DNA from: a virus
Length of the DNA stretch: 64,000 bases
Virus record (IMG/VR): IMGVR_UViG_3300025298_000103
Coordinates: 6,642 to 70,641 of that record
Reading direction: 5' to 3' (one strand)
Under the pieces are notes generated by a model. It did no database searches. It saw nothing but the letters and a program-made list of their open reading frames with translations, and was not told where the DNA came from. This document shows positions 36,488-46,589 of the stretch, one piece after another; position 1 is the first letter of the stretch, and every line of letters begins with the position of its first letter. Both the position numbers and the translations under genes were made by a program.

Positions 36488-37775
36488 CGTTCCGCAGGCT
36501 CAGTTCCTCACGCTTCCCCACAAGTTCCGCGCATTCGTTGCTGGCTTCGGCTCAGGGAAGACCTGGGTTGGATGCTCGGCACTGAGCAAGCACTTCATGG
36601 AGTGGCCCGGCGTCAACGCTGGGTACTTTGCACCGACCTACCCGCAGATCAGGGACATCTTCTATCCAACCATGGATGAGGTGGCCTATGACTGGGGGTT
36701 GAAGACCAAGATCAACCAGGCGAACCATGAGGTTCACATCTACAGCGGCCGGCAGTACCGCGGTACTGTGATCTGCAGGTCGATGGAGAAGCCTCAGACC
36801 ATCGTCGGCTTCAAGATCGGCCACGCCCTGGTGGATGAGTTGGACGTGCTGACGTCGATCAAGGCGCAGCAGGCCTGGCGCAAGATCATTGCGCGGATGC
36901 GCTACAACCTGCCGGGACTGAAGAACGGGGTGGACGTCACCACGACGCCGGAAGGCTTCAAGTTCGTGTTCCAGCAGTTCGTGAAGCAGCTGCGCGACAA
37001 GCCGGCACTCAAGGAAATGTATGGCCTGGTCCAGGCCAGTACGTTCGACAATGAGCTCAACCTGCCGGATGACTACATCCCATCGCTGATGGAGTCGTAC
37101 CCCGAGCAACTGATTCGCGCGTACCTGAACGGCCAGTTCGTCAACCTGACGTCCGGGTCGATCTACCACGCCTACGACCGCAAGCTGAACCAGTGCTTCG
37201 ACACGGTGCAGCCCGGCGAGCCGTTGTTCATCGGCATGGACTTCAACGTTGGCAAGATGGCGGCGATTACCCACGTCAAGCGCGAGCAGGGGCTGCCCAG
37301 GGCAGTGGATGAGCTCATGGATGGCTACGACACGCCAGACATGATCCGCCGCATCAAGGAGCGCTACTGGCGCCACAACGGCAACGACTTCGAAAAGACC
37401 TGCGAGATCCGAATCTACCCGGACGCCTCTGGCGACTCGCGCAAGTCGGTCAACGCCAGCATGACGGACATCGCCATGCTCAAGCAGGCCGGCTTTTCCG
37501 TCATCGCGCCCGCGGCTAACCCGCCGGTGAAGGATCGGATCAACGCTATGAACGCCATGTTCTGCAATGCCCAGGGCGAGCGGCGTTACTTGGTCAACCC
37601 GTTCACCTGTCCGACCTACGCCGATGGCCTGGAGCAGCAGATCTGGGCGCCCAATGGCGAGCCGGACAAGACACAAGGCAACGACCACGCCAACGATGGT
37701 GGTGGTTACTTCATTCACCGCGAGTACCCGATCATCAAACCGGTCACCGCTATCAAAATGGGATACGCCCGATGA
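36474..37775 (+). CDS. Terminase large subunit
   Basis: AGFGSGKT Walker A, LVDE Walker B, TTTPEG, GMDFN, DHANDG. Confidence 0.95.
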   Translation: MPSLNVPQAQFLTLPHKFRAFVAGFGSGKTWVGCSALSKHFMEWPGVNAGYFAPTYPQIRDIFYPTMDEVAYDWGLKTKINQANHEVHIYSGRQYRGTVICRSMEKPQTIVGFKIGHALVDELDVLTSIKAQQAWRKIIARMRYNLPGLKNGVDVTTTPEGFKFVFQQFVKQLRDKPALKEMYGLVQASTFDNELNLPDDYIPSLMESYPEQLIRAYLNGQFVNLTSGSIYHAYDRKLNQCFDTVQPGEPLFIGMDFNVGKMAAITHVKREQGLPRAVDELMDGYDTPDMIRRIKERYWRHNGNDFEKTCEIRIYPDASGDSRKSVNASMTDIAMLKQAGFSVIAPAANPPVKDRINAMNAMFCNAQGERRYLVNPFTCPTYADGLEQQIWAPNGEPDKTQGNDHANDGGGYFIHREYPIIKPVTAIKMGYAR

Positions 37776-39190
37776 GCAACGACGTCTCCTTCAAGCGGGC
37801 GGACTACCTCGAGGCGCTCGATCGTTGGTCTACAGTGCGCGACGTGTGCGCCGGCCAGCACCGGGTTGTCGATCGACTGCCGTACATCAACGCGCACGAC
37901 AAGTCGCCGGAGAACCAGGATCGCAACAAGGCATACCGCGAACGGGCGGTGTTCAAGAACGCCACCGGACACACTCGTAATGGGTTGCTCGGCCTGGCCT
38001 TCCACAAAGACCCGACGTTGACGGTACCGAAGAAGCTGGAGTACCTGCAGGACAATGCCAACGGCTCCGGCGTGAGCATCTATCAGCACTCGCAGGGCAC
38101 GCTTGAGAAGGTGCTTGAGGCTGGGCGTCATGGTCTGTACGTCGACTATCACCAGGATGACGGTGTCGGTGGCCACTCGGTGATTCTGTCGTACTGCGCC
38201 GAGGACATCATCAACTGGCGCACCGGCATGGTGAATGGGCACAGCGTTCTAACCCTGGTGGTGCTGCGAGAGGCGCCGGAGGTCGAGGACGGCTTTGGCT
38301 TCAAGGTGATTGAGCAGTATCGCGAGCTGGCACTTGAGCCTGACGGCTTTGTTTGCCGGGTCTGGCGCCGGTCTGGTCCTAAAGGCGGCGGTCCTCTGGC
38401 CATCGTTGAAGAGTTCAGGCCTGAGGGCATCACTGGACGCCTGAAAGAGATCCCGTTCACCTTCGTCGGCGCGCAGAACAACGACCCCAGCATCGACGAA
38501 TCGCCGCTCTACGACATCGCCATGATCAACCTGGGCCATTACCGGAACAGCGCAGACTATGAGGACAGCGTCTTCTGGTGTGGCCAGGCCCAGCCGTGGA
38601 TCTCCGGCTTGGATGAACAGTGGCGCGACTGGATGGAGAAGAACGGCGTATATGTAGGCTCCAGGGCACCGATGATGCTACCTGCTGGTGGTGCATTCGG
38701 TTACGCGCAGCCACTGCCGAACACGCTGGTCAAGGAGGCGATGGCCGATAAGAACCAGATGATGATCGAGCTGGGTGCTCGCATGGTGGTGGCTTCGCTT
38801 TCGTCCAAGACGGCGACAGAGGCTCGCGGCGATCAATCAGCATCGACTTCGGTGCTGGCTGGTTGTGTGGCCAACGTCAGCGAGGCCTATACCCGGGCGA
38901 TCATGTGGTGCTGCGGCTACATGGGCATTACGGACAAGAAGGTCACCTACCAGATCAACCAGGAGTTCGTTGAACTGACGGCGGATCCGCAGATGATCAC
39001 CGCGCTGGTAGGGCTCTGGCAGAACGGAGGGTTCGCGAAGGCTGACCTGCGGGCCTACCTGCGCAAGCTGGGTCTGATTGCGCCAGAACGCACGGACCTG
39101 CAGATCGATGGTGAGCTGCAGGAGCAGGGCGATGGCCTGGGCCTGGATGACGAGGACGCACCAAATGGCGGTAAACCAGGCAATCCTTGA
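37772..39190 (+). CDS. Portal protein (DUF4055-like)
   Basis: YRERAVFKN, IINWR, IPFTFVG, NLGHYRNSADY; position after terminase. Confidence 0.88.
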   Translation: MSNDVSFKRADYLEALDRWSTVRDVCAGQHRVVDRLPYINAHDKSPENQDRNKAYRERAVFKNATGHTRNGLLGLAFHKDPTLTVPKKLEYLQDNANGSGVSIYQHSQGTLEKVLEAGRHGLYVDYHQDDGVGGHSVILSYCAEDIINWRTGMVNGHSVLTLVVLREAPEVEDGFGFKVIEQYRELALEPDGFVCRVWRRSGPKGGGPLAIVEEFRPEGITGRLKEIPFTFVGAQNNDPSIDESPLYDIAMINLGHYRNSADYEDSVFWCGQAQPWISGLDEQWRDWMEKNGVYVGSRAPMMLPAGGAFGYAQPLPNTLVKEAMADKNQMMIELGARMVVASLSSKTATEARGDQSASTSVLAGCVANVSEAYTRAIMWCCGYMGITDKKVTYQINQEFVELTADPQMITALVGLWQNGGFAKADLRAYLRKLGLIAPERTDLQIDGELQEQGDGLGLDDEDAPNGGKPGNP

Positions 39191-40250
39191 TGCCACGATC
39201 CGGCACGCGGTCTTCCTCGAGCAGTTGAAGGCGGGGGAGGTGGGCAAGTTCGCTCCCTTCCTCAAGGAGATTGACCGGTCGATCCGGGATCGTCTCACTC
39301 AGTCGGACCTGACCGAGTACAACGTCAAGCGGTTAGAGGCGCTGCTGAAGGAGGTCGATAGCCTGCTGCTGGGTATCTTCGACCGCTACAGCGCGCTGCT
39401 GAACCTCGATCTGATCGACATCGCCAACTACGAGGCCGAGTTTGAGGCTACGAGCTTGGTCAGGTCGGCGCCGGTAGGTGTCTCGCTGGATGTGGTGGCG
39501 CCGACGGCAACAGCGATCCGCACAGCGGTGCTGACAAACCCGCTCAGCGTGCGTGGCACCGGCGGTGGCAAGCTGCTGAAGTCATTCATCAAGGGCTGGA
39601 CCAGTGCAGAGCTCGACCGGGTCACCGGCACGATTCGGCAGGGCTTCTTCGAAGGGCAGACCAACTTCCAGATCATCCGCAACATCCGCGGCACCAAGGC
39701 CGCGGGCTACAAGGACGGTATTCTCGCCACCACCAACCGCAATGCCAGCACGGTCGTGCATACAGCGATCCAGCATGTGTCGTCTCAGGCGCGCATGGAG
39801 GTGGCCAAGGCCAACACGGACATCGTGTCCGAAGTTGAGATGGTCGCCACCCTGGACAGCAAGACCAGTCAGCAATGCCGGTCGATGGACAAGCGCCGGT
39901 TCCCGGTCGACTCCGGGCCCAGGCCGCCGTTTCACCCGAATTGCCGTACCACGTTCGTGCTGCTGACTAAGCTCAGCGAGATATTCGCCAAGGGTGCCAC
40001 GCGGGCCGCAGTGGGTGCTGATGGAGTAGGGCAGGTCAGTGCGAGCCTGGATTACTACCATTGGCTCCAGCAGCAGCCTGCTTCGTTCCAGGACGTGGCA
40101 ATCGGGCCGGTGCGGGCCAAGTTGTTTCGCGAGGGTGGCCTGAGCGTCGAGCGCTTCGCGGAACTGCAGCTTGATCGCAACTTTGCACCGTTGACGTTGG
40201 TGCGGATGAAAGGGCTGGAGCCGTTGGCATTCGAACGTGCGGGAATCTGA
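39165..40250 (+). CDS. Minor head protein (Mu gpF / SPP1 gp7-like)
   Basis: ATLDSKTSQQC...PPFHPNCRT. Confidence 0.88.
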   Translation: MAVNQAILDATIRHAVFLEQLKAGEVGKFAPFLKEIDRSIRDRLTQSDLTEYNVKRLEALLKEVDSLLLGIFDRYSALLNLDLIDIANYEAEFEATSLVRSAPVGVSLDVVAPTATAIRTAVLTNPLSVRGTGGGKLLKSFIKGWTSAELDRVTGTIRQGFFEGQTNFQIIRNIRGTKAAGYKDGILATTNRNASTVVHTAIQHVSSQARMEVAKANTDIVSEVEMVATLDSKTSQQCRSMDKRRFPVDSGPRPPFHPNCRTTFVLLTKLSEIFAKGATRAAVGADGVGQVSASLDYYHWLQQQPASFQDVAIGPVRAKLFREGGLSVERFAELQLDRNFAPLTLVRMKGLEPLAFERAGI

Positions 40251-40283
40251 TATAGGATTTGTGGCTCATATCAAGGAGCCGTT

Positions 40284-40748
40284 ATGGATCAGGTCATTCA
40301 ACGGAAAATCGAAGAGGCTTTAAAAGGACTTTTCAGTGCCGTCTCAATGCTACAAGAGGCCTACCCGGGTAAGCCTTTCACACCTGATGGTCGCCTTGTT
40401 GGCGATATCGGCGAAGTCGTTGCCAGCTTGGCTTATGGCTTGACTCTGAATGACGGGCTGACCAAGCACCATGACGCCGTCACGGATGATGGGCGGAAAG
40501 TGCAAATAAAAACCACCTTCGGCACCAGCCTTACCTTTCCGGTACACCACGTGCCTGATTACTACCTCGGTATTCGAATGAATCGAGATGGGACGTTCGA
40601 GGAGATCTATAACGGTCCAGGACATCTTATTCAGGCGGAGCTTTCTGGGCGGAAGGCCACGAAGACTGGTCTACATGGAGGTCTGATGGTAATGCTCAAG
40701 CGAATAAATCAGTTAGTTCCAGAAGCAGATCGAATACCTAAACGCTAA
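40284..40748 (+). CDS. Moron: PD-(D/E)XK-like protein (DUF6998-like)
   Basis: FTPDGRLVGDIGEVVA...HDAVTDDGRKVQIKT; own RBS and terminator at 40758-40783. Confidence 0.75.
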   Translation: MDQVIQRKIEEALKGLFSAVSMLQEAYPGKPFTPDGRLVGDIGEVVASLAYGLTLNDGLTKHHDAVTDDGRKVQIKTTFGTSLTFPVHHVPDYYLGIRMNRDGTFEEIYNGPGHLIQAELSGRKATKTGLHGGLMVMLKRINQLVPEADRIPKR

Positions 40749-40826
40749 ATCAAATCGAACCCGGCCATGTGCCGGGTTTTTTTATGCCTGCAAAGCGGGC
40801 AGCACATACCCAAGGGGTGCATCAAC

Positions 40827-41555
40827 GTGGCAGAAGAAAACGAAATCGACCTGGAAAACCCGGCAATCAAGGCCGCTATCGCGACTGCCGTTGAAGCATC
40901 CGTTTCCGGGCTGAAAACCAAAAACACCGAACTGCTGAGCAAGCTGAAGGAAACCTCTGGCAAGCTCAGCCAGTTCGAGACCCAGTTTGAAGGCATCGAT
41001 ATCGACGCCGTCAAAGGCTTGCTCAGCCGGGCTGGCCAAGACGAAGAAACAAAGCTGCTGACTGAGGGCAAGGTGGATGAGGTCTTCAATCGCCGTACCG
41101 AGCGCCTGCGTGGTGACTACGACAAGCAGTTGAAGATAGTCACTGCGCGAGCTGAGAAGGCTGAGGCGTTCGCCGCCAAGTTCCAGGGCAAGGTCCTGGG
41201 CGACTCGGTGCGCGGTGCAGCACTGAAAGCCGGTGCACTGCCAGAAGCAACCGACGACATCATCCTGCGCGCCAAAGGCGTGTTCTCGCTGAACGAAGAG
41301 GGCGAAGCGGTTGCCGTTGATGAGTCTGGTCAGGTCATCCTCGGCAAAGACGGCAAGACCCCTCTGACGCCGCTCGAGTGGGCGGAATCTCTGCGCGAAA
41401 GCGCACCTCACCTGTGGCCAAGGGCTTCAGGCACACAAGCCCCGGGCGGGGGTAGCGGCCAGGCTGCATTCAAGCGCTCCGAAATGACTGCCGAGCAGAA
41501 GCGCGACTACCAGCGCAAGCACGGCCAAACCGCATTCCTGCAATTGCCCAAGTAA
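40827..41555 (+). CDS. Head scaffolding protein
   Basis: Coiled coil GLKTKNTELL; precedes the capsid gene. Confidence 0.75.
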   Translation: MAEENEIDLENPAIKAAIATAVEASVSGLKTKNTELLSKLKETSGKLSQFETQFEGIDIDAVKGLLSRAGQDEETKLLTEGKVDEVFNRRTERLRGDYDKQLKIVTARAEKAEAFAAKFQGKVLGDSVRGAALKAGALPEATDDIILRAKGVFSLNEEGEAVAVDESGQVILGKDGKTPLTPLEWAESLRESAPHLWPRASGTQAPGGGSGQAAFKRSEMTAEQKRDYQRKHGQTAFLQLPK

Positions 41556-41567
41556 GGGGATTCACCC

Positions 41568-42530
41568 ATGGCAACGACTGTTAATAGCGACCTGATCATC
41601 TACAACGATGAGGCGCAAACCGCATACCTGGAGCGTGTCCAGGACAACCTGGATGTGTTCAACGCATCGTCCAATGGTGCGATCGTGCTCGACAACGAGC
41701 TGATTGAAGGCGATTTCCGTAAGCGTGCCTTCTACAAGATCGGTGGTTCGTTGGAGCATCGCGATGTCAACTCCACCAGTAAGGTGACCGCGAAGAAGAT
41801 CGGCGCCGGCGAGGCTGTTGGCGTCAAGGCTCCGTGGAAATATGGCCCGTACCAGACCACCGAAGAGTTGTTCAAGCGCCGCGGCCGTCCGGTAGACGAG
41901 TTCTCCCAAATCATCGGTGCCGATGTTGCTGATGCCACTCTGGAAGGCTTCATCCAGTACGCCACCGCGGCTCTGCGTGCCGCCATCGGCTCCAACGCCG
42001 GCATGGTGGTCACTGCCAATATCGAAACCGATGGCAAGAAGACTCTGACCCGTGGCATGCGCAAGTTCGGTGACAAGTTCGGCCGTATCGCCCTGTGGGT
42101 CATGCACTCCAGCGCCTACTTCGACATTGTCGACGAGGCCATCACCAACAAGATCTACGAGGAAGCTGGCGTCGTCATCTATGGCGGTCTGCCGGGCACT
42201 CTCGGCAAGCCGGTACTGGTGACCGACACCGCGCCGGCCGACGTGATCTTCGGTCTGCTGCCCAATGCGGTGGTGATCACCGAGTCCCAGGCCCCAGGCT
42301 TCCGCTCCTACACCGTCGACGACGAGGAGAACCTGGCTATCGGTTACCGCGCCGAAGGTACCGTCAACATCGACGTGTTGGGCTACAGCTGGAAGGACGC
42401 AGTCGGTGGCTCGAACCCAACGCTGGCTGCGGTCGGCTCTGCGGCCAACTGGATCAAGCATGCCGGCAGCGACAAGGTCACTGCCGGCGTGATGATCACC
42501 CTGACCACCACGCCACCAGCTGGCGGCTGA
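41568..42530 (+). CDS. Major capsid protein
   Basis: 320 aa; VFNASSNGAI, WVMHS, LGKPVLVTD. Confidence 0.88.
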   Translation: MATTVNSDLIIYNDEAQTAYLERVQDNLDVFNASSNGAIVLDNELIEGDFRKRAFYKIGGSLEHRDVNSTSKVTAKKIGAGEAVGVKAPWKYGPYQTTEELFKRRGRPVDEFSQIIGADVADATLEGFIQYATAALRAAIGSNAGMVVTANIETDGKKTLTRGMRKFGDKFGRIALWVMHSSAYFDIVDEAITNKIYEEAGVVIYGGLPGTLGKPVLVTDTAPADVIFGLLPNAVVITESQAPGFRSYTVDDEENLAIGYRAEGTVNIDVLGYSWKDAVGGSNPTLAAVGSAANWIKHAGSDKVTAGVMITLTTTPPAGG

Positions 42531-42575
42531 TACTGGCCCTGACAGCGGCCAGCGATGGCCGCTATGGAGACTTTT

Positions 42576-43169
42576 ATGGAACTGGTTTACTCCACTCAGA
42601 ATTCGGACTTCGACCCGGAAAAGCGGTACCGCAATCCAGCTCACTTTGATCGACCCGAGGCGGGTGTGACCCATGCAGTCGTGATTGGTGATTGGCCGAA
42701 GGTGGTCGATGCTTATGAGGCGTTGGGCGTCGAGGTCTCGGTGATGAAGCCTTTGATCAGCCAGTCGGTTGATTCGGGCGGCGCCGACATCATTGCCGGT
42801 CTGGAGCAGGAGAACGACAACCTCCGTACCGAGCGCGCCGGAATCCTGCGACTGATCGAAGCTGCTGAAGACAAGTCGACCCTGGAACGCCCAGGTGATG
42901 GCGAGCTGCCGATCCGGCTGTTCAACGCGCTGAAGGCCATTCACGAAGGTGTCGTCTCCCTCAAGGGCGAGCGCGACAACCTGGTGGGCGAGGCTGAATC
43001 GCTCCGCGCCGAAGTCGCACGCCTCAAGGCGGCAGTAGATCAGCCGGGTGACAGCGCCGAGAAGATCGCCGGCCTCAAAGCGCAGCTCGATGCGGCTGGA
43101 GTGCAATACCGGGCGAATGCTTCGGTAGAATCGCTGGAAAAGGCGGTTGCTGATCTGCAAAAGGCGTAA
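42576..43169 (+). CDS. Capsid-associated hypothetical protein with C-terminal HeH-like motif
   Basis: LKAQLDAAGVQYRANAS. Confidence 0.7.
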   Translation: MELVYSTQNSDFDPEKRYRNPAHFDRPEAGVTHAVVIGDWPKVVDAYEALGVEVSVMKPLISQSVDSGGADIIAGLEQENDNLRTERAGILRLIEAAEDKSTLERPGDGELPIRLFNALKAIHEGVVSLKGERDNLVGEAESLRAEVARLKAAVDQPGDSAEKIAGLKAQLDAAGVQYRANASVESLEKAVADLQKA

Positions 43170-43225
43170 CAACTTGGGCGCTTGGAAACCGGTGCCCGAT
43201 CCCCAAACACACAGCGAGCTGATTC

Positions 43226-43729
43226 ATGACACTCATCATCGAGGACGGTACCGGTAAGCCTGACGCCGAAAGCTACGCCTCCGCCGAGGACCTGGCCATG
43301 TACGCCGTGAAGTTCGGCGTGACCATTCCTGCGGAAGCGCCAGCACAGGAAGCGCTGCTGCGTAGGGCTGCCTTGGCGATGGATGGCATGACCTGGAAGG
43401 GCCGCAAGATGGATAGCGACCAGGCGCTGGCCTGGCCGCGGCGTGGCGTTGAGCTTGATTGCGAGATCAAGCCCGACAACTACCTGCCGGCGCGCATCCA
43501 GTACGGCCAGATGGCCCTGGCTGCCGAGATCCATACCGACGACATAGACCCGATCGAGAAGCGCAAAGGTGCGGTCACCCGGGAACGGGTTGAAGGCGCG
43601 GTTGATCGCGAGTATGCGACGATCCCCAACACCAGCGGTCGACTGTTGCCGGCAGCACCAGATCGGCCGAGCGCTACGCAGTTTGCCGACTACCTACAGA
43701 AGCGCGGGCTGTTCGCGGTGCGTGCATAA
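43226..43729 (+). CDS. Head-tail connector (DnaT-like annotation family)
   Basis: LIIEDGTG..AESYAS, QALAWPR. Confidence 0.78.
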   Translation: MTLIIEDGTGKPDAESYASAEDLAMYAVKFGVTIPAEAPAQEALLRRAALAMDGMTWKGRKMDSDQALAWPRRGVELDCEIKPDNYLPARIQYGQMALAAEIHTDDIDPIEKRKGAVTRERVEGAVDREYATIPNTSGRLLPAAPDRPSATQFADYLQKRGLFAVRA

Positions 43730-43744
43730 TGAAACGGAGCCCTC

Positions 43745-44116
43745 ATGGCCACCTTCTACGACGAAATGGCCGTGATGGCTCTGGAGATGATCACAGAGTT
43801 CGGCCAACCTGTGCTCATCCGCGACATCAAGCCCGGTGAGTACGATCCGGGCACTGGAACAGCAGGGCCTGACACCGTTACCGAGCAAACCGCAAAAGGC
43901 ATCCTGCTCGACTTCACCGGTCAGGAGTTCCAGGCCAACAGCCTGATCAAGGTCGGGGACAAGAAGCTCAAGATCGCAGCCCGCGGGCTTGAGTGGGCGC
44001 CGGGCCTGCTGAACAAGGTCGTTGTCCAGGGCCGCACCTGGACAATCATCCCACCGCTGAAGGAGATCAACCCGGCCGGCACACCCATCCTGTACGAGCT
44101 GCAGGTGAGATCGTGA
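43745..44116 (+). CDS. Head-tail adaptor/closure protein
   Basis: GEYDP, LIKVGDKK, INPAG..ILYELQVR. Confidence 0.72.
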   Translation: MATFYDEMAVMALEMITEFGQPVLIRDIKPGEYDPGTGTAGPDTVTEQTAKGILLDFTGQEFQANSLIKVGDKKLKIAARGLEWAPGLLNKVVVQGRTWTIIPPLKEINPAGTPILYELQVRS

Positions 44117-44709
44117 GTCGGGCAGGGGCCGGCCAGTCCGGCAGCTTCGCCCTAAGCCTTGCCGAGTTCGCAGCCCAGGCCACGGAAGCCATTGATGCCA
44201 GTCTGCGCGAAATCATCATCGAGGTCGGTAGCAGCCTGATCCGCATGTCGCCCGTGGGCAACCCTGAGATCTGGGCGCAGAACGCCGTGGCGACTCAGTA
44301 CAACAAGGCAGTCGACGAGCACAACACCGCGCTGCGTAGCGACCCGGCCAATCTGACGAAGGCCGGCCGGCTGAAGCCTGGGCGTAAGCTGAACGACGGC
44401 ATGGATATCGTTGCACCTGAAGGCTACGTCGGCGGCCGGTTCCGGGCGAACTGGCACCTCTCGATAGATGTGGTCGAGAACGTCACCTTCGACGAGGTTG
44501 ATCCGGACGGCCAAGAGACGATAGCTGCACTGGTTTCGGCGGTCAGCGACTTCACCGCCGGCCAAGTTGCCTACCTCATCAACAACCTGCCATACGCCAT
44601 TCCGCTGGAGTTCGGGCATTCGACCCAGGCTCCCAAGGGGATGGTCCGCATCACCGTCGCTCGCTTCCAGCAGATCGTGCAGGAAGCCATCAGGAACAAT
44701 CAGGTATGA
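44113..44709 (+). CDS. HK97 gp10-like neck protein
   Basis: SPVG, GGRFRANW, NNLPYAIPLEFGHSTQAP. Confidence 0.8.
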   Translation: MSRAGAGQSGSFALSLAEFAAQATEAIDASLREIIIEVGSSLIRMSPVGNPEIWAQNAVATQYNKAVDEHNTALRSDPANLTKAGRLKPGRKLNDGMDIVAPEGYVGGRFRANWHLSIDVVENVTFDEVDPDGQETIAALVSAVSDFTAGQVAYLINNLPYAIPLEFGHSTQAPKGMVRITVARFQQIVQEAIRNNQV

Positions 44710-45122
44710 GCCACAACGTGATTGCCTCGATCTACGAGGCCAGGGTCATCGGCTGGGCGAAGGCTTTGCCTGCACCGCTGAAGGTTGTGGTCGAGAACGA
44801 GGTCTACCAACCTGCTAATGGAGAAACCTATCTACGGGCATTCACCTTGCCTGCCGACACTGCGAGCAACACGCTCGGTGGCGATCACCGGCTATACACC
44901 GGCGTGTTCCAGGTCAGCATTGTTACTCCGGCCGGCAAGTACCGCGGTGCTGCCGGGGCATTGGCTGACCAGATCGTTGCGCTGTTCCCGCTGTACGAGC
45001 GGAACAGCAAGGACACCCTGACCGTCGTGACCATGACGCCGGTAGACCAGGGGCCGGGAATCCCGGCCGACACCACATACACCGTCCCGGTCTCGTTTCA
45101 GTACCGCTCCGACACCAACTAA
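44706..45122 (+). CDS. Tail terminator-like protein (DUF4128-like)
   Basis: GVFQVSIVTPAG; position before the tail tube. Confidence 0.72.
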   Translation: MSHNVIASIYEARVIGWAKALPAPLKVVVENEVYQPANGETYLRAFTLPADTASNTLGGDHRLYTGVFQVSIVTPAGKYRGAAGALADQIVALFPLYERNSKDTLTVVTMTPVDQGPGIPADTTYTVPVSFQYRSDTN

Positions 45123-45192
45123 TCCGCCCGTTGGGCAACCCCAGAACCCGCCATTGAGCGGGTTTTGTCATTTCTGCAAAGAGGAAAACCCG

Positions 45193-45846
45193 ATGAGTTT
45201 CAAACTCCCCAACGGCTCGACCTTCGAAATCGCAGCAGCCTACGGCACTGCGGTCCTTGTCACGGCCCTGAGCAATGCCAATCCAGCTGTAGCAACCGCT
45301 GCCGCCCACGGCCTGGCTGAGGGTGACGTCGTCGCCGTGACGTCCGGCTGGACCCGCCTGAATGGGCGTGCTGCGCGCGTTTCTGACATCACCAGCGGCA
45401 CTTTCGGCCTGGAGAACATCAACACCACCAGTACCCAGGCATACCCGGCAGGCTCCGGTGCGGGCTCGGTGCGTGAGGTGACCAGCTTTGCCGAGATCTC
45501 GCAGATCACCGACATGACGTCGAGTGGTGGCGACCAGCAGTTCCTGACCTTCGGCTTCCTCGCTGACGACGATGATCGCCAGATCCCGACCACCAAGAAC
45601 CCGATCAGCCTGTCGGTGACCGTGGCTGACGATCAGTCGCTGCCGTATGTGGCCATCGTCGAGGCTGCCGACGAGGACAAGGAGCCGCGCGTGCTGCGCC
45701 TGAACCTGCCAAATGGCGACTCGATCCTCTACAACGCCTATGTCTCGATCACCTCGACGCCGGCGCTGTCCCGCAACAACCTGATGACCCGCACCATCAG
45801 CATCTCGCTGACCGGCCGGCCAACCCGTTACAGCGCCGCGGCGTAA
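45193..45846 (+). CDS. Major tail tube protein
   Basis: LPNGS, SNANPAV, SGGDQQF, IPTTKNP. Confidence 0.85.
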   Translation: MSFKLPNGSTFEIAAAYGTAVLVTALSNANPAVATAAAHGLAEGDVVAVTSGWTRLNGRAARVSDITSGTFGLENINTTSTQAYPAGSGAGSVREVTSFAEISQITDMTSSGGDQQFLTFGFLADDDDRQIPTTKNPISLSVTVADDQSLPYVAIVEAADEDKEPRVLRLNLPNGDSILYNAYVSITSTPALSRNNLMTRTISISLTGRPTRYSAAA

Positions 45847-45855
45847 GGAAGGCTC

Positions 45856-46239
45856 ATGGCTACGTTCAAGATTGCTCAAGCCGCCACCTTCAAGGCGGGG
45901 GTGATGATTCCCCGAGTGGGCGCCGATCCGCTGAAGGTGGATTTCGAGTTCAGGCACCGCGACCGTGTCGACCTGGCGGCGCTGTTCGATACCTGGAACG
46001 AGCAGCACAAGGAAGTGCAGGAGCGCTTCAAGGGGGGCGAACCCTCGCTCTCCGAAGTGATCGCTGCCGACATCGAGCAGCAAACCCAGCAGATCAAGGA
46101 TCTGGTTGTTGGCTGGGGCTTCGATGATCCGTTCTGCGACGAGTCCATCGTTGAGCTGGTGAAGACCTGCAGCGGCTCCGCCGAGGCTGTCGTCGATGCC
46201 TACCAGGAGGCATACAAGAAGGCGCGCCTGGGAAACTGA
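45856..46239 (+). CDS. Tail assembly chaperone (G)
   Basis: Ends ARLGN* over the GGGAAAC slippery site. Confidence 0.85.
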   Translation: MATFKIAQAATFKAGVMIPRVGADPLKVDFEFRHRDRVDLAALFDTWNEQHKEVQERFKGGEPSLSEVIAADIEQQTQQIKDLVVGWGFDDPFCDESIVELVKTCSGSAEAVVDAYQEAYKKARLGN

Positions 46240-46562
46240 CCAGCGCCGCCCGTGCACTGTACGAGCCTGGCCCGTCGGATGCCGAGCTGCAGGCTTTCGG
46301 CATGCTCCGCAAGGATCTTCCTGAAGAGGTGATCGAGGTCTTTCCAGAGAACTGGAAAGCTTTTGTCGTCATGGAATCGATGGGTACCCAGTGGCGTACA
46401 GGCTCTGGCGGCGCGATTGGCCTGGATTACGGCGTGCTGCCCAGCGTGATGCGATTGACCGGTGTTCCAGCAAAGGAACGAGTCGCGATTTTCCAAGACA
46501 TCCGCGTCATGGAGGCCGAAGCCCTCGCCGTAATGGCTGAGGCCAGAGAAACCAGCCCGTGA
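46230..46562 (+). CDS. Tail assembly chaperone T part, expressed by -1 frameshift (DUF1799-like)
   Basis: The -1 frame GKLTSAARALY... is open into TQWR..GLDY..IRVMEAEAL. Confidence 0.82.
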   Translation, partial: GKLTSAARALYEPGPSDAELQAFGMLRKDLPEEVIEVFPENWKAFVVMESMGTQWRTGSGGAIGLDYGVLPSVMRLTGVPAKERVAIFQDIRVMEAEALAVMAEARETSP

Positions 46563-46589
46563 CCGCGGGCAACTATTCAAGGTGAGTCG

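Noticed and set aside
41562-43172. 536-aa minus-strand ORF (also 36552-37718, 44923-46257, 46740-47999, and 13287-14285 on the plus strand)
   Set aside because: Antisense shadows of GC3-rich phage genes; no recognisable motifs.
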